Virus record (IMG/VR): IMGVR_UViG_3300031857_000057
Span: 39,519 to 103,518 of that record
Strand: one strand, 5' to 3'
DNA: 64,000 nt
Source: a virus
Positions 49,335 to 58,675 of the stretch are shown here, one piece after another. Below the pieces are notes generated by a model. That model was not told the DNA's origin. It ran no database searches and saw only the letters and a program-made list of their open reading frames with translations. Position numbers and translations under genes: made by a program. The first letter of the stretch is position 1, and every line of letters starts with the position of its first letter.

Positions 49335-49341
49335 AGTTTAT

Positions 49342-49560
49342 TTATTTTATAACTTCGTTTAGCCCTCTAGCAATATCAGCAGACACCTGAAATGCTTTCT
49401 TAGTCTGCCTACTCTTTGCTTTACCATGTGTAGCCCAGACTTCATATGTATACTCAATATCAAGAGCAATCTGTTCTCTAATCTCTTTTACTGTAAATAC
49501 AATGAAATCCCACACCTGCTTTTTTTGTTCATCTGTTAATTCTTCTGTCCAATTACCCAT
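49342..49560 (-). CDS. Hypothetical protein
   Basis: 72 aa ORF. Confidence 0.5.
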   Translation of the reverse strand: MGNWTEELTDEQKKQVWDFIVFTVKEIREQIALDIEYTYEVWATHGKAKSRQTKKAFQVSADIARGLNEVIK

Positions 49561-49702
49561 TTTTATGCTCTTTCAAATGTCGGTTTAGTGTAAAGTACGC
49601 AAAGGAAGAGCGCACCTCAATTTCTTTATTACAGATATCACAAATTACCACCCGATTAGATGCCATGTATTAATTGTACCCTGCTAAACTTTTAAAGTCA
49701 AG

Positions 49703-50149
49703 TTATTCGCAGATATATGAAAATGACATATGAAATCTATCGGCCTGTGCTAAATTAAATGGAGTGTTATGATCCATTGGTTCATCTTTTGATGCACTAG
49801 CCATATCCCATACTGTAAAGGTTGTGCTAGATGGAACTAAGTGACCTTTAAGACTGTAGTGATCAGTACCCTGATTAGTAATATCATGCACCGATCCACC
49901 ATAAACATCTGTATGATATTTAGATGCAAACGGTATTGTTAAAGAATATGCTCCAGTACCAAAATTAGTAACACTTGTAAATACTACATCTATTTGAACA
50001 ATGACAAAGTTGCCAATCTTAATATAAGATCCAGTTGCAGGGTTGTTATTAAACGTAAGACCAGTACCAGACCAAACTGGGGAGTATGATTTAATCTCAG
50101 TAGTTAATCCACCAACATCTCCAAATGCGGGATGTGTAAACCGTGCCAT
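49703..50149 (-). CDS. Beta-rich protein resembling tail-fibre C-terminal domains
   Basis: GSYIKIGNFVIVQI...YSLTIPF pattern. Confidence 0.45.
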   Translation of the reverse strand: MARFTHPAFGDVGGLTTEIKSYSPVWSGTGLTFNNNPATGSYIKIGNFVIVQIDVVFTSVTNFGTGAYSLTIPFASKYHTDVYGGSVHDITNQGTDHYSLKGHLVPSSTTFTVWDMASASKDEPMDHNTPFNLAQADRFHMSFSYICE

Positions 50150-50424
50150 TATTTCTCCAGATTTATTTTAATTACTGCTGCCTGTAAGCCATCAGCAGAT
50201 CCCATGATAAATAGTTCATCAAAACCAGGTAGTTCAAAAGATATTGAATGATTAGGCAATATCCTAAATCCATAATCTGTTGTTGTGACGCTAGCGTTGC
50301 CAACATACACATACCCCGAAGAATTTATGTTTTGTATCGTAATGTCCATACCACTATGGGTAGTATTTGGAGTCAGGCGGGTAGCCTCAGAATCACTCAG
50401 TGTATAGATAGCATGTAATGTCAT
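50149..50424 (-). CDS. Small beta-sandwich protein, possibly virion-associated
   Basis: IQNINSSGYVYVG...GFRILP; leaderless start. Confidence 0.45.
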   Translation of the reverse strand: MTLHAIYTLSDSEATRLTPNTTHSGMDITIQNINSSGYVYVGNASVTTTDYGFRILPNHSISFELPGFDELFIMGSADGLQAAVIKINLEK

Positions 50425-50436
50425 AGTAAGATTATA

Positions 50437-51030
50437 TCATCTTATATATATTTGATTGAATTGATTGGTATATTGTGGCTCAGACATTGATAATCTAAAT
50501 CCAAAACCAGCAAGATATTCTTTGACATCTTGCTCTAACCATTGATCTTTCCAAAATCTTGCTGTCTCAACCTCAATACATATGCTGCCTATATTTGGAA
50601 GTATACTTGATGCCCCCGTGAGCACCTGACCATTTGCACCTTCGCAGTCAATCCATAAAGCTATATTTTTTTTATCTTCAAACAACTCGTTAAGAGTGGA
50701 TGATTTTACAGATATGTATTCTTTATTTCCCTTATCATTTCTTTTCATTATTGAATTATTAGATGTTAGTTTATGTTGATCAATCTGTATTTCAAAATCT
50801 ATCTCACCAGATACATCAGATATAGCTAAGTTTCTGTAGTCTACACCAGGAATATCTTTAAATTTTTCATACACAAATGGGCTAGCCTCAAATGCATAAA
50901 TTTCTTTCGCTATGCCAACCATTGACTTAGAAAAATCTGCATCATATGCACCCACTTCAATAGTAATTTTTGGCAGCATTACCTTTTGAATATCAATAAA
51001 TGCTGCAAGAATATCTTTGTCTGAGTGCAT
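50437..51030 (-). CDS. FkbM-family methyltransferase
   Basis: IEVGAYDA, AFEAS, LWIDCEGA..QVLTGA. Confidence 0.8.
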   Translation of the reverse strand: MHSDKDILAAFIDIQKVMLPKITIEVGAYDADFSKSMVGIAKEIYAFEASPFVYEKFKDIPGVDYRNLAISDVSGEIDFEIQIDQHKLTSNNSIMKRNDKGNKEYISVKSSTLNELFEDKKNIALWIDCEGANGQVLTGASSILPNIGSICIEVETARFWKDQWLEQDVKEYLAGFGFRLSMSEPQYTNQFNQIYIR

Positions 51031-51463
51031 TATTTTGATAGTATATAAAGTATGCCAGCTAAAAATGATGTAAGTATTACTGCAAAAATACTAAACAAAA
51101 CAAATTCAAACATCTCCATCTTCATCTTCCTCTAATCCAAAAGTAAGATCAAGATCGTTCTTAAAGTATTGGTATACTGCGCCAGCAATACCAAGAGCTC
51201 CAACCACTGCTGCTATAGCTTTAAATTTACTCATCATTCACCTCAAATTCTACAAAAGTTGTGCGGGTATCAGTAAGTATACTAGTTATTATTTGTTTCA
51301 TCATATCCCCATCACCAATGGGGTACTCTACGTCAAACTCTTTTTCGTTCATTTTATTCTCCATTCGGATAAGGATTTCCAGGCCAACAATAATAGCAGC
51401 CTTGCTTCCATGCCATATAGTTAACTGCTGCAAATATAATTAATAAAATAATAAATAATGGTT

Positions 51464-51664
51464 TCATAACTTCTTCTTTGGTTTTGGCATTCTTGCTTTA
51501 ATCATATCAATAAACATATCATAAAATTCTTCAGCATAATCATTATGCTTCATATATTCAAGAAAATAAATTAATTGTTCTCTTTCATGTGCAACAGCTT
51601 TTTGACAGCCGCTACATGGGCAAGCCCACTTACCACGCTTAGGAGTTTGATTTGGATCAGCCAC
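51464..51664 (-). CDS. Small Cys-containing hypothetical protein
   Basis: CPCSGC; leaderless GTG start. Confidence 0.5.
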   Translation of the reverse strand: MADPNQTPKRGKWACPCSGCQKAVAHEREQLIYFLEYMKHNDYAEEFYDMFIDMIKARMPKPKKKL

Positions 51665-51775
51665 GTAAACAGTATATCAAACAATGCCCAGATCGTCAAA
51701 GTTATCTATATGATCATCAATATCTCTACGCACAGGATAGATATCCTCAACTATTGACATAACACCATTATACAA

Positions 51776-51870
51776 TAAGAAGGACCGCCAAGACAGAAAG
51801 GGATCTCGGCGGTCCAAGCGCTCCCCAGAAAGGGTAAGGAGCGTAAAGAGGGGATTTTCATCAACCCTCT
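51776..51870 (-). ncRNA. Candidate small RNA with three hairpins; two loops carry anti-Shine-Dalgarno-like CCCUUUCU
   Basis: Own consensus promoter; no annotated ORF; G-U pairs form only on the minus strand; last hairpin has 12 bp followed by UUCUUAUU. Confidence 0.7.
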
Positions 51871-51876
51871 ATGTAT

Positions 51877-51906
51877 ATTATAGCAAAGTTATTTGGGCTT
51901 TGTCAA
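51877..51906 (-). promoter_or_regulatory. Consensus housekeeping-sigma promoter for the candidate sRNA
   Basis: TTGACA-18 nt-TATAAT with extended -10 TG. Confidence 0.8.
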
Positions 51907-52204
51907 GCTTTAAAGCTCGGCGCTAATAGGAAATAATAAACCACCCTACGCAACTCCGTTGCGCTATAGGTTAATATTTTTATAATGCTGCATACACAAA
52001 TACCACTTAACTCCCCTGTTATCTATCTTGGAAGTATATGATATTTGATTACAAAAAGAACAAGTCATTAGCTCACAAAGCTAACTGAGAAATGTTTTTT
52101 GCAAACATCAGCAATAACAAAATTTTCTCTATCAATTACAACATCATGATAAAGAGCGTCTTGATCACAGTAAAAGCATTTTTCCATATCTATATGATAG
52201 CATA

Positions 52205-52780
52205 TTAGATATTCCAGTTATTGGTCTGATTCTTATTCTCAAACAAATAATCTAGATTTGTGGGGGTAATGCCAAGATATTCAATAAGCCTGCTTGCATC
52301 CTGCTGCTCATAAAGCTCTTCAAATGTAATCTGAAAAATATCAAGGTTACGAATGTATGCCTTTTGAGTTGCTGCATGTGTCTTGTAAGATGAGAGAAGA
52401 TCGGCATTTTGATTAATGACCATGTTATCTACTTCGGCTGTATCTGCAGATCCTCTGTAATCATTTGCAAGATGTGCAACTAGTCTGCTATAAGCGCAAG
52501 CGTCATCATCTTCTCTTGTTAATCCTATTACTTTGTCAAACTTTGACATAAGCCAATCTACAGATTCAATTGCATTGACCTGAAGAAACATATTATCAAC
52601 AAACTTAAGGATAAGACCTCTATCTGAGTTAACCCATTCTAACTGTGCTGCCAACTGCTCTTCTGTGTTAGCATGTGGGTTAAAGGGTTCCAACATAACT
52701 TCTTCGCCTGTTTCAGATTTGAGCCAAGCAGAAAGACTTGTTGAACCTGAACGGCTTTGCGCCAAAACTAATATTCTCAT
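52205..52780 (-). CDS. Sulfotransferase-like P-loop protein
   Basis: AQSRSGSTSL (PAPS-binding-like), EPFN, ITFEEL. Confidence 0.6.
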   Translation of the reverse strand: MRILVLAQSRSGSTSLSAWLKSETGEEVMLEPFNPHANTEEQLAAQLEWVNSDRGLILKFVDNMFLQVNAIESVDWLMSKFDKVIGLTREDDDACAYSRLVAHLANDYRGSADTAEVDNMVINQNADLLSSYKTHAATQKAYIRNLDIFQITFEELYEQQDASRLIEYLGITPTNLDYLFENKNQTNNWNI

Positions 52781-52968
52781 AAAACCGCCTCTGGATGATC
52801 TAGTGGTGTTGGCGCAGTAAGAAGGCACTGGCAATCAGCACATTGAGCATCGTCTAATAGATATGATATTAATTCATAGCTGTTGGGATCAAACTGAGCG
52901 GTAATGCGGATAAGCGATGAGCCACAGCATGGACACGCAGCAGTTGGGATTCCTCTAGAATTAAACAT
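52777..52968 (-). CDS. Zinc-ribbon protein
   Basis: CPCCG...CADC; leaderless start. Confidence 0.55.
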   Translation of the reverse strand: MFNSRGIPTAACPCCGSSLIRITAQFDPNSYELISYLLDDAQCADCQCLLTAPTPLDHPEAVL

Positions 52969-53023
52969 ATCCCTATTATATAACAATTTGCTACATCCTG
53001 CAAACCTATGATAGACTATCGTA

Positions 53024-53212
53024 ATGTTTATTAGCAATTGCCCAAAGTGTCGCACAAAGCTCGTACCTATTTTGTATGGTAAGTTAGATTATATTCATCT
53101 TGATCTACACGAGCAAGGTCGTGCATTTTTGGGGGGTATGAATAAGAAACCTTATAACTCCTATTGTCCCCTATGTGAAGAATCCTATAAGGAAGAAACT
53201 AATCTACCCTAA
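53024..53212 (+). CDS. Zinc-ribbon protein
   Basis: CPKC...VPILYG...CPLC; leaderless start. Confidence 0.55.
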   Translation: MFISNCPKCRTKLVPILYGKLDYIHLDLHEQGRAFLGGMNKKPYNSYCPLCEESYKEETNLP

Positions 53213-53344
53213 TATGGTCTTGGCAAACAGGATAAATCTTATATCCATCTGATTCTACGGTTATTGATGGTTTTGAACATACTTGACATTTTTCAAACAA
53301 CTGTTTATTATCTTTACGAATTTTTGCGAGGTATTCGTAATAAG

Positions 53345-53557
53345 CTACATTCTCTTCCATTGCCCTATACGTCCTAGATTCACACGTTGTAATAACATAC
53401 TAGCAAAAGATGGATGTTTTTCCTTATTGCCCAAGAAAACCTTGCCATTTTCTAGGTCTGTTATTTCCCATTTCTCTGGTACTTTTGTCCATATGATAAG
53501 GGCTATGGGCTCGTCTAATTCTTCAACTTCCCTGCCATCTTTGAGTTTTCTCTTCAT
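53345..53557 (-). CDS. Hypothetical protein
   Basis: TKVPEKW..TDLE.G; -10 element 7 nt before ATG. Confidence 0.5.
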   Translation of the reverse strand: MKRKLKDGREVEELDEPIALIIWTKVPEKWEITDLENGKVFLGNKEKHPSFASMLLQRVNLGRIGQWKRM

Positions 53558-53590
53558 CAAAACCATTATACAGCATTGTAAATGATGGAG

Positions 53591-53622
53591 TTTTCCACAA
53601 GTTATGCACAGGTTTATCCACA
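53591..53622 (+). promoter_or_regulatory. Three tandem DnaA-box-like 9-mers
   Basis: TTTTCCACA, TTATGCACA, TTATCCACA. Confidence 0.65.
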
Positions 53623-53658
53623 GATAAATGTTACTGATATTTTTATGATGTATTATTT

Positions 53659-53684
53659 GTGGAGGAAAGTGGAGAGAAGTGGAG
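53659..53684 (+). promoter_or_regulatory. MraZ-type binding repeat
   Basis: GTGGAG x3 with 4-nt spacers. Confidence 0.55.
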
Positions 53685-53792
53685 AATGAAGCATCTTAGA
53701 CAGGCGGCTTCGTAATGTCCAAACCTTATACCACAAACATCCTATATTGTCAAACCTTTATATCCCCAAATATGCCATATAAAACCATATAA

Positions 53793-53868
53793 AAATGTTT
53801 GAAAACATATGAGAAATATAACAAAATGTTATAAAACAATATAGAAATGTTTGAAAATGTTTGAAAAC
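53793..53868. repeat. AT-rich direct repeats
   Basis: AAATGTTTGAAAA three times (two overlapping) plus a variant. Confidence 0.6.
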
Positions 53869-54064
53869 TTTCAGGGATTTTTTAGAGGTCGTTCGTAATG
53901 TCTTTTATACTAGAAGGGCCAGAGGATCTTCTTAATCCCCCGCCAAATTCGGCCAAATAATCTTTCTGCCTTTTGTTCAAACCTATATTCCTTGCTTTGT
54001 TTATACTCGTGTGATTGGAAGTATGGATTGTTTTGAGATTGGAAGAAATAGTTTCTAGGTGACA

Positions 54065-54337
54065 TTATTTTTCCCCCGCTTTTTCGGCGGTAGCTAACAT
54101 ATGATCAAGATTATTAAACCCTGTATCCTCTATACCCAATGTAGCCAATAGCATAGCAAAGGTTTCTTGGACATATATGAGAGCTATTTCTGTTGGTTGA
54201 CATAATCCCTCTGCCGTCAAAAATGCGAGGGGTAGTCCAATATCATTAAACTCTATAAATTCCCTAGTATTAGAATCATCCTTATAATTAAGATAGAAGC
54301 TAGCTAGGATATCAAATTGTTTGTCAATATCGGTCAT
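54065..54337 (-). CDS. Hypothetical protein
   Basis: FIEFNDIGLPLA motif; -10 element 7 nt before ATG. Confidence 0.55.
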   Translation of the reverse strand: MTDIDKQFDILASFYLNYKDDSNTREFIEFNDIGLPLAFLTAEGLCQPTEIALIYVQETFAMLLATLGIEDTGFNNLDHMLATAEKAGEK

Positions 54338-54516
54338 ACATAAAAGTATATCACTGTTTGACAAATATTAAAAAGTTTGATAAACTTCTGGGATTTTTTT
54401 ATGATCGTTCGTAATAACATTTTGGGAAATTTTTCTTAATGTCGTAAATGTCCGATTTGTATGGTTTGACCTCGGGGGCTTTCACGGCACCCCTGCGGGG
54501 GCACCGTGATTTATAA

Positions 54517-54750
54517 CTAGAACAAACGCTCTTGCTGATAATACTTATTGCGTTCGTTATACTCAGCAACTTCTTTGTTGTATTGGCTAGCCTCCAAAAC
54601 TTCTACTGCTCTCACATAAATAGTATGCGGTAATGCGTGAGCAATATATTTTCCTACCTGCTCTAAATCTAAATGAAAGTCAGATAGTAGTTTGCCAATA
54701 CTTTTTGCTACCCTCTCTTCTTGGCTTGTTGGTAGTCGTAGTCGTCTCAT
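54517..54750 (-). CDS. Hypothetical protein
   Basis: GGAGG RBS before ATG 54750. Confidence 0.55.
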   Translation of the reverse strand: MRRLRLPTSQEERVAKSIGKLLSDFHLDLEQVGKYIAHALPHTIYVRAVEVLEASQYNKEVAEYNERNKYYQQERLF

Positions 54751-54774
54751 AGCCCTCCAGTCTATCAAATAAGT

Positions 54775-54815
54775 GAGGGGAGCGCAAGCGAAAGGATGAC
54801 CTGCGCTCTACCCTC
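54775..54815 (-). other. Intergenic hairpin with UCCUUUCG loop
   Basis: GAGGG(TA)GAGCGCAGG-TCATCCTTTCG-CTTGCGCTCCCCTC. Confidence 0.6.
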
Positions 54816-54834
54816 GTGCCTAGGGTCACCACTC

Positions 54835-55203
54835 CTAGGCTTTCGTTAGAAACCTTTCCTTTGCTAGATGATATGTAATAAACTCATCTATTGAATGCGT
54901 TCCAGTATCATCTTCAACAGTCTTATTTACTAAATCAATGATAACTGGGTGGTCCATGAAACCTAAATCATTAGGATTGCATGCATAGATTCCATATCCC
55001 GTCGCTGACATTAGTTCATCTTGAAGAAAGTAACTGATTGCCATACGTGTCCCATATGCTACATCTGGCATATCAATACGTGGCTTAGCATGTTGCAATG
55101 CCCCAGCCAAATCAACATACATGGAGTCTTCGCCCCAATGACTATAAAGCGCTACAGCCTGCTCCTCTGACTGTTTGAATACAAATGTACAACGTGCTCC
55201 CAT
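54835..55203 (-). CDS. Hypothetical early-type protein
   Basis: MGAR...LYSHWG motif. Confidence 0.6.
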   Translation of the reverse strand: MGARCTFVFKQSEEQAVALYSHWGEDSMYVDLAGALQHAKPRIDMPDVAYGTRMAISYFLQDELMSATGYGIYACNPNDLGFMDHPVIIDLVNKTVEDDTGTHSIDEFITYHLAKERFLTKA

Positions 55204-55343
55204 GGTTATTCTTCCTCTCTGTTAGTTTGTTTCATGTTATCAAAATCCAGCGGTAGTGTCAACTGCTCCCACATTATTCTTCCCCCTCAATCCCGCATTT
55301 GGGACAGTATGAATCATATACATGATCACAATAGTCATCCATT

Positions 55344-55640
55344 CTATGCCCTTTCCCCTGGAGTTCTAAAAGCCTTGGGAGATTCTTCACCTATAGCAAA
55401 AGAGAGCCCATATGCAAGCGTATAGAGGGCCTGGATAGCGTCACACTGTCCTTCCCAATACCTTCGCTCCATGGAGTCCATTGCTTCTCCAGAACGCTCC
55501 TCTTCTTCCTGTGCTAGGATTAGTTCTTCCTCCGCCTCCACAAGCATGCGGTTCATCTCACCATGGAGAATATGCAAACCAGACAAACCTGCGTCCACAG
55601 CCTTTTGAACATGGTCATCTAACTCTGTTGCGATAATCAT
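55344..55640 (-). CDS. Hypothetical protein
   Basis: AMDSMERRYWEG motif. Confidence 0.5.
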   Translation of the reverse strand: MIIATELDDHVQKAVDAGLSGLHILHGEMNRMLVEAEEELILAQEEEERSGEAMDSMERRYWEGQCDAIQALYTLAYGLSFAIGEESPKAFRTPGERA

Positions 55641-56081
55641 GATTCCCTTCCATTGTATTTGATATCACTATATACTGCTAGCAAATGTGCAGCGGTAGAC
55701 CAAGCAGCCTCCAGTTGCCTATAAGGAACAATATCCTCAGACTCTAACTTCTGCATGTCTTGTTCCAAACTAAGCATATGTAGTTTGACATATTCCATGT
55801 ATTGGTCAGACATTATAATCCTCTAATGGGATTACTTCATCGTTGATGAGTTGTGAGCCTGTTGATACAACAATCTCGCCGTCAATCTCGCCAAAGATAG
55901 CATTAGGGAATATAGGTAGCACCTGCGCTACCATTTCATCAAAGGTCATCTTCATCCTCCTGTGGCTCTGTTGTTAGTTCTCCGTCATTGGTTTCATACC
56001 ACCCTGTGTAGAAGATTATCTGTCCGTCATTATCATACTCATAGTCATACTTAGCCATGAGTTTCTTTAGTTCTGCTTTGG

Positions 56082-56813
56082 TCACTTTAGTTTCTCCAAT
56101 CTATAGTCAGGTACAAACTCAGGAGTCAAGAATACCTTATGAGTGTCGCATTCCGCAACTGCCTCTAGGTCTACCTCACCCATATAGTGGCATTTATTGC
56201 AAATATTCTCGCCACAGTCATCACAATACTCTAAACAATCATACTCATCACAGTCTCTACAGCGTGATTCATAAGACATATCAGATGTGACTTCACCTGC
56301 CACAAACTCTATCTCCCCACCAAACCCCTGCTCTTCTTCCCAAGTTAGAGTTAGTACAGCAGTTGGATACTGATTAGATAGATGTAACATAGCCTGTACA
56401 GGCGGAGCCCAAGCGGTATCAAATCTATACCCCACCCAGTTATCCACACCGTCTGCTTTGAAGTCAGTCATACAGGTATCACTATCGCCACCTTCATCTG
56501 GCACAGCAACATCCCACTTAGTACCCCATTCACGGTTATTGAAGGAATACCAATCATTACCTGAATAAGGGGTGGGGGAAGAATAATCAGTCTGCTTCTC
56601 ATAAGCCTCTATATCAGTAGGAGCCTTGATATTCCAGAATGAAAATATAGGATTATTATATTTTACAGTCTTAGGTTCAAACTGTTGTGTTTGTACATTC
56701 CAGTTATGCTGGTATGTCCTCTCAAATGGACGATTGAGTTGGTCCTTGATGAGATGAACAGTTTCAGGGTTTGAATCCTGAATCATTAGATTATTGAATA
56801 CCCAGTTTGGCAT
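56082..56813 (-). CDS. DUF1281/YubB-like ferredoxin-fold protein with Cys-rich tail
   Basis: MPNWVFN, WYSFNNREWGTKWD, FDTAWAPP. Confidence 0.65.
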   Translation of the reverse strand: MPNWVFNNLMIQDSNPETVHLIKDQLNRPFERTYQHNWNVQTQQFEPKTVKYNNPIFSFWNIKAPTDIEAYEKQTDYSSPTPYSGNDWYSFNNREWGTKWDVAVPDEGGDSDTCMTDFKADGVDNWVGYRFDTAWAPPVQAMLHLSNQYPTAVLTLTWEEEQGFGGEIEFVAGEVTSDMSYESRCRDCDEYDCLEYCDDCGENICNKCHYMGEVDLEAVAECDTHKVFLTPEFVPDYRLEKLK

Positions 56814-57157
56814 TAGTTATCTTCTCCAATAATGTTCCAGACAACATCTACATTGTCTGCCATATAAGGCAGGGTATTGTCTAAGAGACTAGACACAGAG
56901 GCATTTACATCCTCGTCATCAGTAGAGTAGCAAATAGTGACTATTACATCCATGTTATATCCTTTCTGTTTGATATTCCAAGTATCGCATATTTGGTGGT
57001 ATTTGGCAAGGTATAGGAGTGTGACTTACCCCACATTAGATATGTCCACACCCACAGTTACAGCAGGTATTACATTTACCCTCGTAAGTATTACACATTA
57101 GATCTATAAGGTCTTCTTCAAGACAGTTATAACAAATAAACTCATCAAGCTGTAGCA

Positions 57158-57313
57158 TTAGATATGCCCCTCTGCTAACAAACCTTCTAATAGGTCCTTG
57201 GCTCTAAAAGTATTATTATATAACCATGGGTCATCATCTGAGTTGATAGTCGTAAGCACAGAATCAAGAGCATCAATCATATCTCTTACATCTGTTTCTA
57301 TATATCCTAGCAT
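57158..57313 (-). CDS. Small hypothetical protein
   Basis: ACAGAAAGGGA RBS before ATG 57313. Confidence 0.55.
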   Translation of the reverse strand: MLGYIETDVRDMIDALDSVLTTINSDDDPWLYNNTFRAKDLLEGLLAEGHI

Positions 57314-57417
57314 TATTTCCCTTTCTGTGAGATATTTTATTATCCCATATTTGGGGGAAAAAAGCAAGGTCAACGTAATAAAGATTTGGGAAAAATCTAA
57401 TCTAGTACGTAATGAGC

Positions 57418-57433
57418 TGTGACAAAAATCACA
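57418..57433. promoter_or_regulatory. CRP/GlxR-type site
   Basis: TGTGA-CAAAAA-TCACA. Confidence 0.7.
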
Positions 57434-57463
57434 CGACTCGGGGCCCCATGATCGCATGAAAAA

Positions 57464-57492
57464 GTGAGCAGTTTATACTCTTGCTCAGGAGT
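57464..57492 (-). ncRNA. 3'-UTR H-type pseudoknot, copy 1
   Basis: ACTC-C-TGAGCA-A-GAGT-ATAAAC-TGCTCA. Confidence 0.75.
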
Positions 57493-57502
57493 TGCGATTT
57501 AC

Positions 57503-58519
57503 TTATGCAATCGCTAGCACATTCTGCACTGTTTGCAATATGCGATTCTTTTCTGCAGTGATAGAAGCATCAAAACCAGAAGCAGCAGCAAGGACGGATT
57601 CATTACTACCACCACGAGCAGAACGATGCCAATCTAATCTTTCGGTTAGAGCATTCATTGCACCCCATGCGGTGTTAGCAATCATCCCGTTATATTCACC
57701 TGTGTAAATATCATTGATGAGGTCAATCTTATTTTGCCACTTAGTGAGAGCGATTTTCTTCTCATCTTCTGGCTTAGGATAAATCGCAAGCACAATGTCG
57801 TTGAACTGTTGCGCTGTGATTTCTTTCTCAATCATGGTCTTAGCCATGAGATCAAAAGCATCCATGTATTTATTAGCAAGACCAAGAGTCTCACGAGCAA
57901 TCTGCACACGACCATTAGCAGATTGTGTGTGACGAATCTTGAATGATTGCTTGATTGCATTCTTGCCACGCTTACTACCCAATGCAAGATTGAGAGTGTT
58001 AGCGCATACAACACGCACTGGCGTGATAGATGCTTGAATAGCAATAGAGCCATCATGTGATGTGTTGATGAGAAGATAAGTCTTGACCTTATCCGAAACA
58101 CCGCTAGGGTCTAGCACTGTCTCACGCTCAAGAGCAAGAGAGCCAAATACTACACGACCACCCTTGATTGAGCCAGCGGTCTCCCATCTACCGCCACCAT
58201 CTAGAATGTTATCGCCAAATGCGAATAGGTCTTCATTCTGCAATGGAACATATCGCTCACCTACAACACCCAAAACATCTGTCTGGTTATTGTTAGTAGG
58301 ATTAGTTCTTACAACATATTGATAAGACTTATCTGATGTAAGGGTGTTAGGAATCTCAACATCTACAAGACGAACATTCCAGTTATTTAGGTTAGCAGCA
58401 GCCAACATTTCTGCGGTGTTCTTTTCTTCTGTAAATACTGTTCCTAAACCATGCCATGCAGGTTCACGGAAAGATGCAAAAGATGCAACACCGTTTTGAG
58501 TTTCTAGTTCATGAGCCAT
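57503..58519 (-). CDS. DUF932-family phage/plasmid protein
   Basis: PAWHGLG, LGVVGERY.PLQN, ETAGSI.GG, NTSHDGS, TPVRVVCANTL, IRHT. Confidence 0.85.
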   Translation of the reverse strand: MAHELETQNGVASFASFREPAWHGLGTVFTEEKNTAEMLAAANLNNWNVRLVDVEIPNTLTSDKSYQYVVRTNPTNNNQTDVLGVVGERYVPLQNEDLFAFGDNILDGGGRWETAGSIKGGRVVFGSLALERETVLDPSGVSDKVKTYLLINTSHDGSIAIQASITPVRVVCANTLNLALGSKRGKNAIKQSFKIRHTQSANGRVQIARETLGLANKYMDAFDLMAKTMIEKEITAQQFNDIVLAIYPKPEDEKKIALTKWQNKIDLINDIYTGEYNGMIANTAWGAMNALTERLDWHRSARGGSNESVLAAASGFDASITAEKNRILQTVQNVLAIA

Positions 58520-58547
58520 TTTATTACCTTTCTGTTAGTTATAGCAA

Positions 58548-58575
58548 TCTTAGCACACAAAATCTGGGAATACAA
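58548..58575 (-). promoter_or_regulatory. Leftward housekeeping-type promoter, representative of the early cassettes
   Basis: TTGTAT-17 nt-TAAGAT with TG extension; similar elements near 56981, 57340, 59424, 60210, 60499, 61374. Confidence 0.65.
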
Positions 58576-58675
58576 ATCGTAAATCGTAAATCGGACATAT
58601 AGGACAAATCGCCCCCGAGTTAATTAGCGGGGGCCCCAGGACACCACCACAGATCCCAGGGCCCAAGATTATTTG

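Noticed and set aside
44461-49341. Self-cleaving ribozymes beside the tRNAs, or a suppressor tRNA implying recoding
   Set aside because: Spacers between tRNAs are only a few nucleotides, no stop-codon anticodon is present, and genes translate intact with the standard code
51782-51844. Reading the hairpins on the + strand as CsrB/RsmZ-like purine-loop decoys
   Set aside because: The G-U pairs become A-C mismatches on the + strand, and the consensus promoter points leftward
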